DNA of 64,000 bases from Desulfuromusa sp. (GTDB lineage: Bacteria; Desulfobacterota; Desulfuromonadia; Desulfuromonadales; Geopsychrobacteraceae): positions 1,387-65,386 of the forward strand of contig JAZBPC010000077.1 of assembly GCA_036351455.1 (NCBI GenBank). Direction: 5' to 3'. Of the stretch, positions 16,966 to 27,859 are shown in pieces. The position numbers and the translations under genes are program-made. The first letter of the stretch is position 1; every line of letters begins with the position of its first letter. A model generated the notes under the pieces. The model was not told the origin of the DNA and made no database searches. It saw only the letters and a program-made list of their open reading frames with translations.

Positions 16966-19900
16966 ATGGAACACTCCAACTTTGTACATCTTCATCTTCA
17001 CAGCCAATATAGTTTACTGGACGGGGCGATCAAGCTTGATGAGTTAGTTTCCCGTGCTAAAGAATTCAAGATGCCCGCAATCGCAGTGACCGATCATGGC
17101 AACATGTTTGGAGCTGTTGAATTTTATAGCAAAGCAATGAGTGCTGGGATCAAGCCTATTGTTGGCTGTGAGGTTTACGTTGCTCCCGGATCCCGTTTTA
17201 CCAAAGGTAACGCTCGTGGTTCCTCAGAGGCGTCCTATCATCTGGTTCTGCTTTGCATGAATCATGTTGGCTACAGGAATATTTGCAACCTGGTTTCAGC
17301 GGCCTATCGCGAAGGGTTTTATTATAAGCCACGGATTGACTGGGAGCTGCTAGCTGAGCATAACGAGGGGTTGATTGCTCTGTCTGCTTGCCTCGGTGGC
17401 GAATTGCCGACACTGATTAATCTCAACCATCCTGAAGAGGCGTTAGCCCGTGCTGGTCAAATGGCACAAATTTTCGACAATCAACGTTTTTATCTGGAAT
17501 TACAGGAAAACTATCTACCGGAGCAAGCGAAAGCGAATGCTGGCCTCATTTCGATTGCCAAAGAACTGGATCTACCGCTGGTGGCGACCAATGATTGCCA
17601 CTATTTATCTCGCGAAGACTCTTTCGCTCACGAGGTCCTGCTTTGCATTCAAACCGGTAAAACCATGGATGATCCGAACCGCATGCGATTTTGCAATGAC
17701 GAGTTCTATGTCAAATCACCACAAGAGATGATGCAGTTGTTTCCTGAACAACCTGAAGCGATTGCCAACACGATTCGCATTGCTGAACGTTGCAACCTTG
17801 AGCTTGATTTTGATACCTACCACTTTCCTCAATACGAAAAGCCCGCAGAGAAAACCCTTGACGACGTGTTGGAAGAGAAAAGTCGCATTGGATTGGAAGA
17901 ACGCCTCCACGAGATTCGTAAACTACGTGATTTAAGTGAGGCTGATCTTCAGGTTTATACTGACCGCCTGGAAGAGGAACTGACCTGTATTAAGCAGATG
18001 GGATTTCCTGGATATTTCCTGATTGTTGCCGATTTTATTAACTGGGGGAAAGATCAAGGGATTCCGGTAGGCCCAGGGCGGGGGTCTGCCGCTGGAAGTC
18101 TGGTTGCTTACGCTATTCGAATTACCGATATTGATCCGATACCCTACAATCTTCTGTTTGAACGTTTCTTGAATCCTGAACGGATATCGATGCCTGATAT
18201 CGACGTCGATTTTTGTATCTATGGTCGTGAACGGGTAATCGAATACGTGCGACAGAAATATGGTTCAGAAAATGTTGCTCAGATTATTACCTTTGGAACG
18301 ATGCAGGCAAAGGGTGCCTTGCGTGATGTTGGCAGGGCACTGAATATCCCTTATGGTGAAGTGGATAAAATCGCCAAACTGGTACCAAATGTTCTTGGCA
18401 TTACCCTGAAACAAGCAATTGAACAGGAACCACAATTAAAGGCTCTTATTGAAAAAGATGCCAAAATAAAAGAATTGGCAACGATTTCGCTGGCTCTGGA
18501 GGGGTTGACCCGTCATGCGTCCACCCATGCGGCCGGCGTTGTGGTAACTCCTAAACCGCTACCTGAGTATCTTCCTCTCTATGTTGATCCTAAGTCTGGC
18601 GGACAGGTGACTCAATACCCGATGAAATATGTGGAACAGATCGGGCTGGTCAAGTTTGATTTTCTTGGTTTAAAAACTCTGACGGTTATAGAAAATGCTG
18701 TGCGAATCATTCGTGAAGGAAAAGACGAAAAATTTGATCTGCAATTGATTCCTAATGATGACAAGGCAACATTTGAGCTTTTAAGCCATGGAGAAACAAC
18801 TGGAGTTTTTCAGCTTGAGTCGAGCGGAATGAAAGAATATCTGGTTAAGCTGAAGCCGAACTGTTTTGAAGATTTAATCGCGATGGTGGCTTTGTACCGT
18901 CCTGGCCCATTGGGTTCTGGAATGGTTGATTCATTTATCAAAAGGAAACATGGCACTGAACAATTTAAGTATGATTTCTCTCAGCTTGAGCCAATTCTGA
19001 AAGATACTTACGGGGTCATTGTCTATCAGGAACAGGTTATGTTGATAGCCCAGGTCCTCGCAAATTACAGCCTTGGTGCTGCAGACCTATTGCGTCGGGC
19101 AATGGGGAAGAAGAAGCCTGAAGAGATGGCAAAACAGAAGAAAATCTTTCTTGCTGGTGCTGCTGAAAATAAGCTGAACCTTAAAAAAGCAGAATCTGTG
19201 TTTGACTTGATGGAAAAATTTGCTGCTTACGGCTTTAATAAGTCCCATTCAGCAGCCTATGCCCTGATTGCCTACCAAACAGCCTATCTAAAAGCGCACT
19301 ATCCCGTTGAATTTATGGCCGCTCTTTTAACAGAGGATATGGAAAATACCGATAAGGTGATTAAAGATATCGGTGAAGTCCGTGCTATGGGTGTTGAGGT
19401 TCTTCCCCCAGACATCAATGCTTCAGCGCGTTCTTTTACTGTTGCTGAAGATGTTATGCGTTTTGGCCTCGGTGCAGTTAAGGGGGTTGGTGCTGCTGCC
19501 CTTGATTCTATTCAGGAGGTGCGGAAAGATGAGCCCTTTACTTCATTGCAGGATTTTTGTGAGCGTGTCGATTTACGTAAAGTGAATAAAAAGGTTGTCG
19601 AGGCATTGATCAAGTGTGGGGCCTTTGATTCCCTCGGTGGGAAACGGGCGCAGTTTTTTGCTGGTCTGGAAGAAGCCATGGATGTCGGGCAGCGCCTGCA
19701 GCGCGAGCAGGACTCGGGTCAGGAATCACTGTTTGGTACTCAGGAAATTTTATCTGTTGGTGGCAATGGGTATGGAGTCCTTCCCGATATTGAAGAATGG
19801 GATGAAAAAACCCTGTTGAGCTATGAAAAAGATATCCTCGGATTTTATGTAACTGGGCATCCACTGGCTCGCTACAGTGATTCTATCAAACGCTTTGCCA

Positions 19901-20436
19901 CCTGTGGCGCTTCAGAATTATCAGAGAGGGCGGATAAAGAACAGGTAAGGGTGTGTGGAATTATCTCGGGGATTAAAGAGTTAATCACCAAAAAAGGCGA
20001 CCGCATGGCGTTTGTTACTCTGGAAGATTTAAGCGGTTCCGTTGAAGTGATTGTTTTTCCCGAGGTCTACACGGCTTCAATGGATCTTCTCAAGGGTGAT
20101 GACCCGTTGTTAATAAATGGGGAACTTGACGTGGGGGAGGAGGCTTGCAAAATTCTGGCAACGGAAGTTGCTTTGCTCCGTGATGTTAAAGAGACAATGG
20201 CTAAGCGGGTCCATATAAGATTGACAACTCCCGGGCTTGATGAGATGCAAATGCGTCAACTTAAAGGAATTGTACAGCGCTACAGAGGTAACTGTGAAGT
20301 GCAATTGCATATTGTTATTCCCAATCGTAGTGAAACCGTTATTGCTTTACCGGATCAGTTGAAAATGTCAGCGACTGATGAGGCCATGGATGATGCCAAA
20401 GCTTTGTTTGGTTACAGTGTTATGAATTTTGAGTAA
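16966..20436 (+). CDS. dnaE: DNA polymerase III alpha subunit
   Basis: PHP domain FVHLHLHSQYSLLDG, GPGRGSAAGS, SMPDIDVDF, FNKSHSAAY. Start moved to ATG 16966. Confidence 0.97.
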   Translation: MEHSNFVHLHLHSQYSLLDGAIKLDELVSRAKEFKMPAIAVTDHGNMFGAVEFYSKAMSAGIKPIVGCEVYVAPGSRFTKGNARGSSEASYHLVLLCMNHVGYRNICNLVSAAYREGFYYKPRIDWELLAEHNEGLIALSACLGGELPTLINLNHPEEALARAGQMAQIFDNQRFYLELQENYLPEQAKANAGLISIAKELDLPLVATNDCHYLSREDSFAHEVLLCIQTGKTMDDPNRMRFCNDEFYVKSPQEMMQLFPEQPEAIANTIRIAERCNLELDFDTYHFPQYEKPAEKTLDDVLEEKSRIGLEERLHEIRKLRDLSEADLQVYTDRLEEELTCIKQMGFPGYFLIVADFINWGKDQGIPVGPGRGSAAGSLVAYAIRITDIDPIPYNLLFERFLNPERISMPDIDVDFCIYGRERVIEYVRQKYGSENVAQIITFGTMQAKGALRDVGRALNIPYGEVDKIAKLVPNVLGITLKQAIEQEPQLKALIEKDAKIKELATISLALEGLTRHASTHAAGVVVTPKPLPEYLPLYVDPKSGGQVTQYPMKYVEQIGLVKFDFLGLKTLTVIENAVRIIREGKDEKFDLQLIPNDDKATFELLSHGETTGVFQLESSGMKEYLVKLKPNCFEDLIAMVALYRPGPLGSGMVDSFIKRKHGTEQFKYDFSQLEPILKDTYGVIVYQEQVMLIAQVLANYSLGAADLLRRAMGKKKPEEMAKQKKIFLAGAAENKLNLKKAESVFDLMEKFAAYGFNKSHSAAYALIAYQTAYLKAHYPVEFMAALLTEDMENTDKVIKDIGEVRAMGVEVLPPDINASARSFTVAEDVMRFGLGAVKGVGAAALDSIQEVRKDEPFTSLQDFCERVDLRKVNKKVVEALIKCGAFDSLGGKRAQFFAGLEEAMDVGQRLQREQDSGQESLFGTQEILSVGGNGYGVLPDIEEWDEKTLLSYEKDILGFYVTGHPLARYSDSIKRFATCGASELSERADKEQVRVCGIISGIKELITKKGDRMAFVTLEDLSGSVEVIVFPEVYTASMDLLKGDDPLLINGELDVGEEACKILATEVALLRDVKETMAKRVHIRLTTPGLDEMQMRQLKGIVQRYRGNCEVQLHIVIPNRSETVIALPDQLKMSATDEAMDDAKALFGYSVMNFE

Positions 20437-20582
20437 AAGATGCTGATGTTGGGTCGATTATTGGGGGGCAGATACGGTCTAATGCTTGACCTCTGGTTGG
20501 CGAGGATTTATGGTTAGCATTTATTTAAAGAATAGTAGGTTTTATATATACCAGTGTCCTTTTAGGGATAGGGAGAATCTTG

Positions 20583-21542
20583 ATGAATCAATATCTTGAC
20601 TTTGAACAACCTATTGCAGATCTTGAAACAAAAATCGGTGAATTACGTGAGTATTCGACAGATAATGTTGACTTTTCCAGTGAAATAAAAAAACTTGAAA
20701 AAAAAGCCGATAAGCTAAAAAAAGAGGTCTATTCCAATCTTAGCCGTTGGCAGAGAACTCAATTGGCCCGACATGCCAACCGTCCTTATAGCCTTGATTA
20801 TATTAAACGGATTTTTACCGACTGGTCTGAAGTTCATGGTGATAGAAATTACCGTGATGATCCTGCCCTGGTTTGTGGTTTTGCCAGGATTGATGGAAAG
20901 CCCTGCTGTGTTATCGGCCACCAAAAAGGGCGCAATACCAAGGAAAAAGTTCACCGGAACTTTGGTATGCCCAATCCGGAAGGGTACCGTAAAGCACTAC
21001 GTGTCATGCAGTTGGCCGATCAGTTTGGGTTGCCGATTTTTACTTTTGTTGATACCCCTGGAGCTTTCCCGGGTATCGGTGCTGAGGAGCGTGGACAGGC
21101 AGAAGCTATTGCGCGAAATTTGCGGGAGATGGCTATGCTGCGTGTTCCTGTCATCGTCACAATCACTGGTGAAGGTGGATCCGGTGGGGCTCTGGCAATT
21201 GCCGTTGGGAATCGGGTGTTGATGATGCAATATTCGGTCTATGCTGTCATCTCTCCTGAAGGTTGTGCTGCAATCTTATGGAATGATGGAACTAAAGGGG
21301 CTCAAGCCGCGGAAGCGTTGAAGTTGACAGCCCAGGATGTAGATAGTTTGGGAACCGTTATTGATGAAGTTATTCCGGAACCTCTTGGAGGTGTTCATCA
21401 GGATCATGACCAGGCGGCAGTTACGCTCAAGGAATATTTACTCAAGCATCTTGGGGAGTTGGAAGAGTATTCCCCTGAAGGTTTGATAGAACAACGCTAC
21501 CAGCGTTTCAGAGCTATTGCAGAATTTGAAGAACCAAAATAA
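20583..21542 (+). CDS. accA: Acetyl-CoA carboxylase carboxyltransferase alpha subunit
   Basis: [50 protein letters not shown]. Confidence 0.97.
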   Translation: MNQYLDFEQPIADLETKIGELREYSTDNVDFSSEIKKLEKKADKLKKEVYSNLSRWQRTQLARHANRPYSLDYIKRIFTDWSEVHGDRNYRDDPALVCGFARIDGKPCCVIGHQKGRNTKEKVHRNFGMPNPEGYRKALRVMQLADQFGLPIFTFVDTPGAFPGIGAEERGQAEAIARNLREMAMLRVPVIVTITGEGGSGGALAIAVGNRVLMMQYSVYAVISPEGCAAILWNDGTKGAQAAEALKLTAQDVDSLGTVIDEVIPEPLGGVHQDHDQAAVTLKEYLLKHLGELEEYSPEGLIEQRYQRFRAIAEFEEPK

Positions 21543-21555
21543 TCTGGGAATTCAA

Positions 21556-22314
21556 TTGATTAGTATTTATCGTCCAGCGATATATTTTGTTTTAGCATTC
21601 TTTCTTTCGAGTTGTGGTGGACATACCACAAGAGTGATTGATACACCAGAAACCCGAGAGCTGGAAGGGTGGCAAAAGCCTTATGAGGTGGATGGGCAGC
21701 GCTACCAGCCTTTGCGCGACCACCAAGGATTTCAGCAACGTGGGGTGGCTAGCTGGTATGGACGCAAGTTCCATGGACGTAAAACCAGTAATGGCGAAGT
21801 GTACGATATGTACGGCATGAGTGCAGCACACAAGACTTTGCCGATGGGTGTTTATGTCAAGGTGACCCATCTGGGAAATGGTCGCCATATCCTTGTGCGA
21901 GTTAATGATCGAGGCCCCTTTGTTGCTGGTCGTATTATTGATCTCTCCTATGGGGCAGCAAAACAATTGGGAATTATTGAATCAGGGACAGCGCAGGTTG
22001 AAGTGCAAGCTCTAGGCTATCGCTCGACAGGTAACAACCAGCGTCCATCTTTTAGTCCCCCAAAAGACTATGACTCCGGCAGTTTTGCTGTCCAGATTGC
22101 GGCATTTTCAATATCTTCAAATGCTTACAGGTTGGCAGAGAAGATAGGTCAAAGGTATGGTAAAATTGTGGTTTCAAAAGGAATGAACAATCGTGGTCAG
22201 CGAATGTATCGTGTCCGTGCTGGGCATTTTAAGTCTTTGGAATCCGCAGAAACTGCGGCAAGGGATTTAGTGGCGGCAGGGTTTTCCGGGAGCTATGTTG
22301 TTGCTTTTGAATGA
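21556..22314 (+). CDS. rlpA: Septal ring lytic transglycosylase RlpA lipoprotein with SPOR domain
   Basis: Lipobox LSSC; GVASWYGRKFHGRKTSNGE...AAHKTLP...VRVNDRGPF...IIDLS; C-terminal SPOR (FAVQIAAF...YRVRAG). Start uncertain; TTG 21556 is preferred to 21517. Confidence 0.9.
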   Translation: MISIYRPAIYFVLAFFLSSCGGHTTRVIDTPETRELEGWQKPYEVDGQRYQPLRDHQGFQQRGVASWYGRKFHGRKTSNGEVYDMYGMSAAHKTLPMGVYVKVTHLGNGRHILVRVNDRGPFVAGRIIDLSYGAAKQLGIIESGTAQVEVQALGYRSTGNNQRPSFSPPKDYDSGSFAVQIAAFSISSNAYRLAEKIGQRYGKIVVSKGMNNRGQRMYRVRAGHFKSLESAETAARDLVAAGFSGSYVVAFE

Positions 22315-22582
22315 TCCCGGCTTCTTAGAGTGTCTCTATGTTCACGACGATATTATCGCTATTGGAGTACAATTCTTTTAAAAAAATGATCTGAAGGGTT
22401 GATTTAACACTTTAGTCATGCTAACGTGCGGTCGTATCAGATCCAGTTTGTGTAGATTATTTCACTGTATAAGTCAGATAAGAACCGCACAGACCGATAG
22501 GGCTGAGTGGTTTTTTTTTGACATGCAGGCGCTGGTCTGCGTCACGTAACTCCCGCAGGGGACCTAGTAAGGAGAAAGTAAA

Positions 22583-22783
22583 ATGGCAGAAGGAACAGTT
22601 AAATGGTTTAATGATTCTAAAGGGTTTGGCTTTATCGAGCAGGATAACGGCCCAGACGTTTTCGCGCACTTTTCAGCAATTACTGGAGAAGGCTTCAAGT
22701 CTTTGTCAGAAGGCGCACGCGTTAGCTTTGATGTAGTTGATGGTCAAAAAGGACCTCAAGCGGCCAATATCCAACGGCTCTAA
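22583..22783 (+). CDS. csp: Cold-shock protein (CspA family)
   Basis: [15 protein letters not shown] and [11 protein letters not shown] motifs, 66 aa. Long untranslated region upstream. Confidence 0.95.
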   Translation: MAEGTVKWFNDSKGFGFIEQDNGPDVFAHFSAITGEGFKSLSEGARVSFDVVDGQKGPQAANIQRL

Positions 22784-22805
22784 GATATATCAATTGTTTA
22801 ACATT

Positions 22806-22839
22806 AAAGGCTCCATGGGTAACCATGGGGCCTTTTTTT
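22806..22839 (+). terminator. Intrinsic terminator after csp
   Basis: AAAGGCTCCATGG-GTAA-CCATGGGGCCTTTTTTT. Confidence 0.85.
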
Positions 22840-22937
22840 GTTTCAGATAGAACTGAAACGGGTCTATAATCATTCATTATCAAATTCATGAACTAGAGCC
22901 AGAATCTTGATTTTATAAACTTTGAAAGGATCCGGTT

Positions 22938-23159
22938 ATGCCATATGTTGAGCTTAATTTAACCACCGGTGCGACAAAAGAGCAAAAGGAACAACTTGTC
23001 GAAGGAATTACTGATTTGCTGGTCAATATTCTAGACAAGAATCCCTCATCCACACAAATCGTTATCAAGGAGTTTGATGCCGATAGCTGGGGTATCTCTG
23101 GCCGTTCGGTCAAGAAATTACGTGCAGAAGGCGAAACAGCAAATATTTCTAAAAAATAA
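22938..23159 (+). CDS. 4-oxalocrotonate tautomerase family protein
   Basis: N-terminal catalytic Pro (MPYV...), TKEQKEQLVEGITD, WGISG. Confidence 0.85.
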   Translation: MPYVELNLTTGATKEQKEQLVEGITDLLVNILDKNPSSTQIVIKEFDADSWGISGRSVKKLRAEGETANISKK

Positions 23160-23424
23160 CCGTAGCTCACGGATGTGAAATTCTTATTAAGTCTTCAGGA
23201 GCCTTAAGGAGGCATTTCTCTCTATCTTATTATCCATGCGGTAGAATTTATAGCTGTAAGTTAGTTGTCTTATGGGCCTCTTTATTTGCTCTGATGCCGC
23301 TTTCTGGATAAGGTTACATGGTTTCGTGATTCATAAAACACTTTACATTTATAAAACCATATATATAATAAATAGATTAACTGCACGTTCTCATCTTAGA
23401 TTAATGGAAAAGGGGTAAAGTACT

Positions 23425-24840
23425 ATGGCAAATTATGATTACGATATTCTTACTATCGGAGTCGGGCCTGCGGGAATGGTTATCTCAGCAATGGGCGCTG
23501 AGATGGGTTTAAAAGTATGCGCAATCGAGAAAAACAAACTTGGTGGTGAGTGTATGAATGTTGGCTGCATTCCAAGTAAAGCATTGTTGCGAATGGCAAA
23601 AACGCGACATACCGTGACCAAATTTGCCGATTTTGATATTGCAGAAACTGAGCTACCTAAAGTTAATAGTCCGTTTGCACATATCCAGGAGAAACTGACT
23701 TTTATTAATGAAAAGAAGTATGCTGTCAAGTTTGCCAAGGTTGATCAGATTACCCGACAGGGAGCTGCCAGTTTTGTGGATTCACATACTGTTGCCGTTG
23801 GTGACCGAAAAATTACAGCAAAAAGAATTTTTATCTGTACTGGAACCAAGCCTTCAAAACCCCCAATTCCCGGTCTGGATACTATTGAAAACGTTTTGAC
23901 TAACGAAAATCTTTTTCATTTGGAAAACATACCCGAAAGTATGTTGATTGTTGGTGGTGGTGCGATTGGGACTGAAATGGCTCAGGCTTTCTCCCGTTTG
24001 GGTTGTAAAACGACTATCGTACAAATGGACCCGCATCTATTGCCGTTTGCCGATAAATTTGCCGGTGATATTCTCGAAGAGACTTTAACGAAAGAGGGGG
24101 TCGAGGTTTACAATAGTCGGGCGATCAGTGAAATTTCATCTCAGAATGGCCGTGTCATTCTCAAAACCAAAGAAGGGGAAACTCTAGAGGCTGAACGTCT
24201 CCTGATGGCTGCAGGTCGGGTTCCTGCCCTTGATGGTTTGAAGCTCGAAAATGCCGGGGTTAACTACACTCCTCGGGGGATTCCTGTGAATGGAAATTTG
24301 CAGACCAATGTCAGCCACATCTATGCGGTCGGTGACTGTAACAGTAACTTTCTTTTTTCCCATGCAGCTATGCATCAGGGGATGATTGCGTTGATGAATA
24401 TTATGCGCCCCTGGCCGTTTAAAAGAGATTTTCGAAAATATGTTGTCCCCTGGACAGTTTTTACCGAACCGCAGGTATCTTCGGTCGGTATGCAGGAGTC
24501 GGAGTTAATCGCGGCTGGAATTAAATATGATGTTATTGAAGCCAAACATAGTGATTATGGTGCTGCAATTGCTGAACAAGTGACGACGGGTATGGTTCGG
24601 GTCCTTGCTAGTAAGACGGGTAAGATCTATGGAGCATCAGTTATTGGCGAAGGTTCTGCAGAGATGATTAACGAGTGGGGACTGGCTATTCAAAAGAAAA
24701 TCCGCCTTGCTGATATTATGTTGCTGCAACATTCTTTTCCGAGTATGTCGTTTATGAACAAGTCTATCGGCGAGAGTTGGATGATGAATCTGTTGAAAAT
24801 TTCCTGGATGAAGAGAATGATGGGATTTATGATGCGTTAG
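23425..24840 (+). CDS. Class I pyridine nucleotide-disulfide oxidoreductase (Lpd/MerA-like family)
   Basis: IGVGPAG, GGECMNVGCIPSK redox-active CxxxxC, IVGGGAIGTE, IYAVGD. No HMA domain and no C-terminal CC. Confidence 0.85.
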   Translation: MANYDYDILTIGVGPAGMVISAMGAEMGLKVCAIEKNKLGGECMNVGCIPSKALLRMAKTRHTVTKFADFDIAETELPKVNSPFAHIQEKLTFINEKKYAVKFAKVDQITRQGAASFVDSHTVAVGDRKITAKRIFICTGTKPSKPPIPGLDTIENVLTNENLFHLENIPESMLIVGGGAIGTEMAQAFSRLGCKTTIVQMDPHLLPFADKFAGDILEETLTKEGVEVYNSRAISEISSQNGRVILKTKEGETLEAERLLMAAGRVPALDGLKLENAGVNYTPRGIPVNGNLQTNVSHIYAVGDCNSNFLFSHAAMHQGMIALMNIMRPWPFKRDFRKYVVPWTVFTEPQVSSVGMQESELIAAGIKYDVIEAKHSDYGAAIAEQVTTGMVRVLASKTGKIYGASVIGEGSAEMINEWGLAIQKKIRLADIMLLQHSFPSMSFMNKSIGESWMMNLLKISWMKRMMGFMMR

Positions 24841-24869
24841 GATTGTTGTCGCTTGCTTAGGTCATTTTG

Positions 24870-24905
24870 AAAGGGTGGACTGAAGAATTCAGTCCACCCT
24901 TTTTT
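24870..24905. terminator. Intrinsic terminator between convergent genes
   Basis: AAAGGGTGGACTGAA-G-AATTCAGTCCACCCTTTTTT inverted repeat. Confidence 0.8.
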
Positions 24906-24970
24906 ATTTTACCAACCTGCTCTTTTTCTAATATTGTGACGATGTTAAGCAGGATCTCTCAGCTGAATAT

Positions 24971-25420
24971 TTAGTCTTGAATGCGAAGAATCTTGTTTCT
25001 GGCAATGTAAAGAATTCGATCGTCCCGAAGCAGTAACAAAAAACGTTTTTGTTGGTTTAAAAAGTCTTTGACGCGATTGCACCCCCCAGGAAGATTCACA
25101 AAAATATGAACATCAAGGACGTCACCAGCGACAGGTTCGACCGTGATCTGATGCTCTTCACCAAGAGCTAAAAGCGGATCGAACTCTTCATTGGCTGCAA
25201 CTTCAACAGATACAATTTGTTCCAGGCTAATCAGTTCAACTTTACCACTATGACGGACCGGTAAAAAGATATCTTCCCCGTTGAGGATTTCTTCAACGCG
25301 TTGAAGACCAGTTAAGTGCTCACCGTGAAGCTGAAGAAACGTTTCGCCGTTTATCTGGGTACCGTTTGACAGGGTTAATTTTATATGGCGCTTTGCAACG
25401 CTGATTCTTTGATCTTCCAT
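24971..25420 (-). CDS. Hypothetical protein with an internally duplicated beta-rich domain, downstream of pilT
   Basis: The two halves are similar (GETFL...RVEEILNGEDIFLPV / VHIFV...RVKDFLNQQKRFLLL). Ends 14 bp from pilT on the same strand. Confidence 0.65.
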   Translation of the reverse strand: MEDQRISVAKRHIKLTLSNGTQINGETFLQLHGEHLTGLQRVEEILNGEDIFLPVRHSGKVELISLEQIVSVEVAANEEFDPLLALGEEHQITVEPVAGDVLDVHIFVNLPGGCNRVKDFLNQQKRFLLLLRDDRILYIARNKILRIQD

Positions 25421-25434
25421 TGTCGTCTCCGGTT

Positions 25435-26487
25435 TTAGCTTTGAGGTGAAAACAGACCCTTGTTGACAGCAAATCGAGTGGCTTCATCAATACTGATTTT
25501 TTCAGCTTTCACCAAATCTTGAAGCGCTTGGTCCATCAACTGCATTCCATCTCTACGGCCGGTTTGCATAATTGACGGCAATTGAAATGTTTTTCCCTCG
25601 CGGATCAAGTTTGCAGCAGCAGCGTTGACTTTCAAAACTTCGAGGGCTGCACAACGCTTACCATCAGTGGTGCGCAATAATTGTTGGGCAACAACTCCAC
25701 GGATTGATTCCGCCAGCATGGTGCGAATCTGTTCCTGCTGGGTTGTTGGAAAGACGTTAATCAGTCGATCAACGGTTTTAGCAGCACTGCTGGTATGAAG
25801 TGTACCAAAGACAAGATGACCAGTTTCAGCAGCGGTAATGGCAAGTTCAATTGTTTCCAGATCACGCATTTCCCCAACCAGGATGATGTCTGGATCTTCC
25901 CTGAGGGCGGCTTTTAGTGCCGAAGCAAAGCTGTTGGTGTGAACCCCAACCTCACGCTGGTTGATCAAGCTCTTATGAGCTTGATGGACAAATTCAATCG
26001 GATCTTCTACGGTCAAAATATGTTCATTGCGGCTACGGTTTATGTGGTCAATCATTGCCGCGAGGGTGGTTGATTTTCCACTGCCAGTGGGACCGGTGAC
26101 TAAAACCAACCCTTTTTTATATTCGGTAAAGTCTAAAACTGACTGTGGTAATCCAAGTTGCTCAGCGGTCAGTATTTCCGCAGGAATTATTCTGAAAACG
26201 GCACTGATTCCCAGTCGACCCATGAAAATATTTGCTCTGAATCGTGCTTTAAGGGCAGGGACTTCATAGGCAAAATCAAGGTCATGACGTTCTTCAAATT
26301 CCAGCCGTTGAGCTTCACTCATAATTTCATAAAGAAGTGCCTGATATTGTTCATTGTTCAAGACCTGATCAATTGCTCGACGAAGCTGTCCTGAGGCTCG
26401 AATCATTGGAGCATTGCCAGGGGAGAGGTGTAAGTCAGATCCACTGTTCTGCTGAAGAATTTGAAATAGTTTATCGATCTTTGCCAT
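25435..26487 (-). CDS. pilT: Type IV pilus retraction ATPase, PilT/PilU family
   Basis: SDLHL, GLVLVTGPTGSGKSTTLAAM, TVEDPIE, ALREDPDIILVGEMRD, GTLHT. Start moved to ATG 26487 (MAKIDKLF). Confidence 0.9.
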   Translation of the reverse strand: MAKIDKLFQILQQNSGSDLHLSPGNAPMIRASGQLRRAIDQVLNNEQYQALLYEIMSEAQRLEFEERHDLDFAYEVPALKARFRANIFMGRLGISAVFRIIPAEILTAEQLGLPQSVLDFTEYKKGLVLVTGPTGSGKSTTLAAMIDHINRSRNEHILTVEDPIEFVHQAHKSLINQREVGVHTNSFASALKAALREDPDIILVGEMRDLETIELAITAAETGHLVFGTLHTSSAAKTVDRLINVFPTTQQEQIRTMLAESIRGVVAQQLLRTTDGKRCAALEVLKVNAAAANLIREGKTFQLPSIMQTGRRDGMQLMDQALQDLVKAEKISIDEATRFAVNKGLFSPQS

Positions 26488-26655
26488 GGAATACCTCTCG
26501 GGGGGCACGAACTGCATAAAAGATGCATTCTGTTTATTGTGCAAGAGTCGCAGCTTAACTGTCTTTGAAATTATAAAACAAGTTGAAAAAAATGGATGCA
26601 GGAGCCGCATATATAACGTTTTATGCGGTCGTGATAGCATCTACTCAGAAACGAA

Positions 26656-27768
<1,113 letters not shown>

Positions 27769-27859
27769 TCAGTTGTTCTCCCTTATTGCTTGCATTAGGA
27801 TGGTTACGTTTAGGATATAGCAAAATCTTACTCAAGGTGCAATCTTATCGGAGGTTTAA

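Noticed and set aside
23425-24840. Mercuric reductase (merA) call
   Set aside because: No N-terminal HMA domain, no C-terminal Cys-Cys, and no mer genes nearby.
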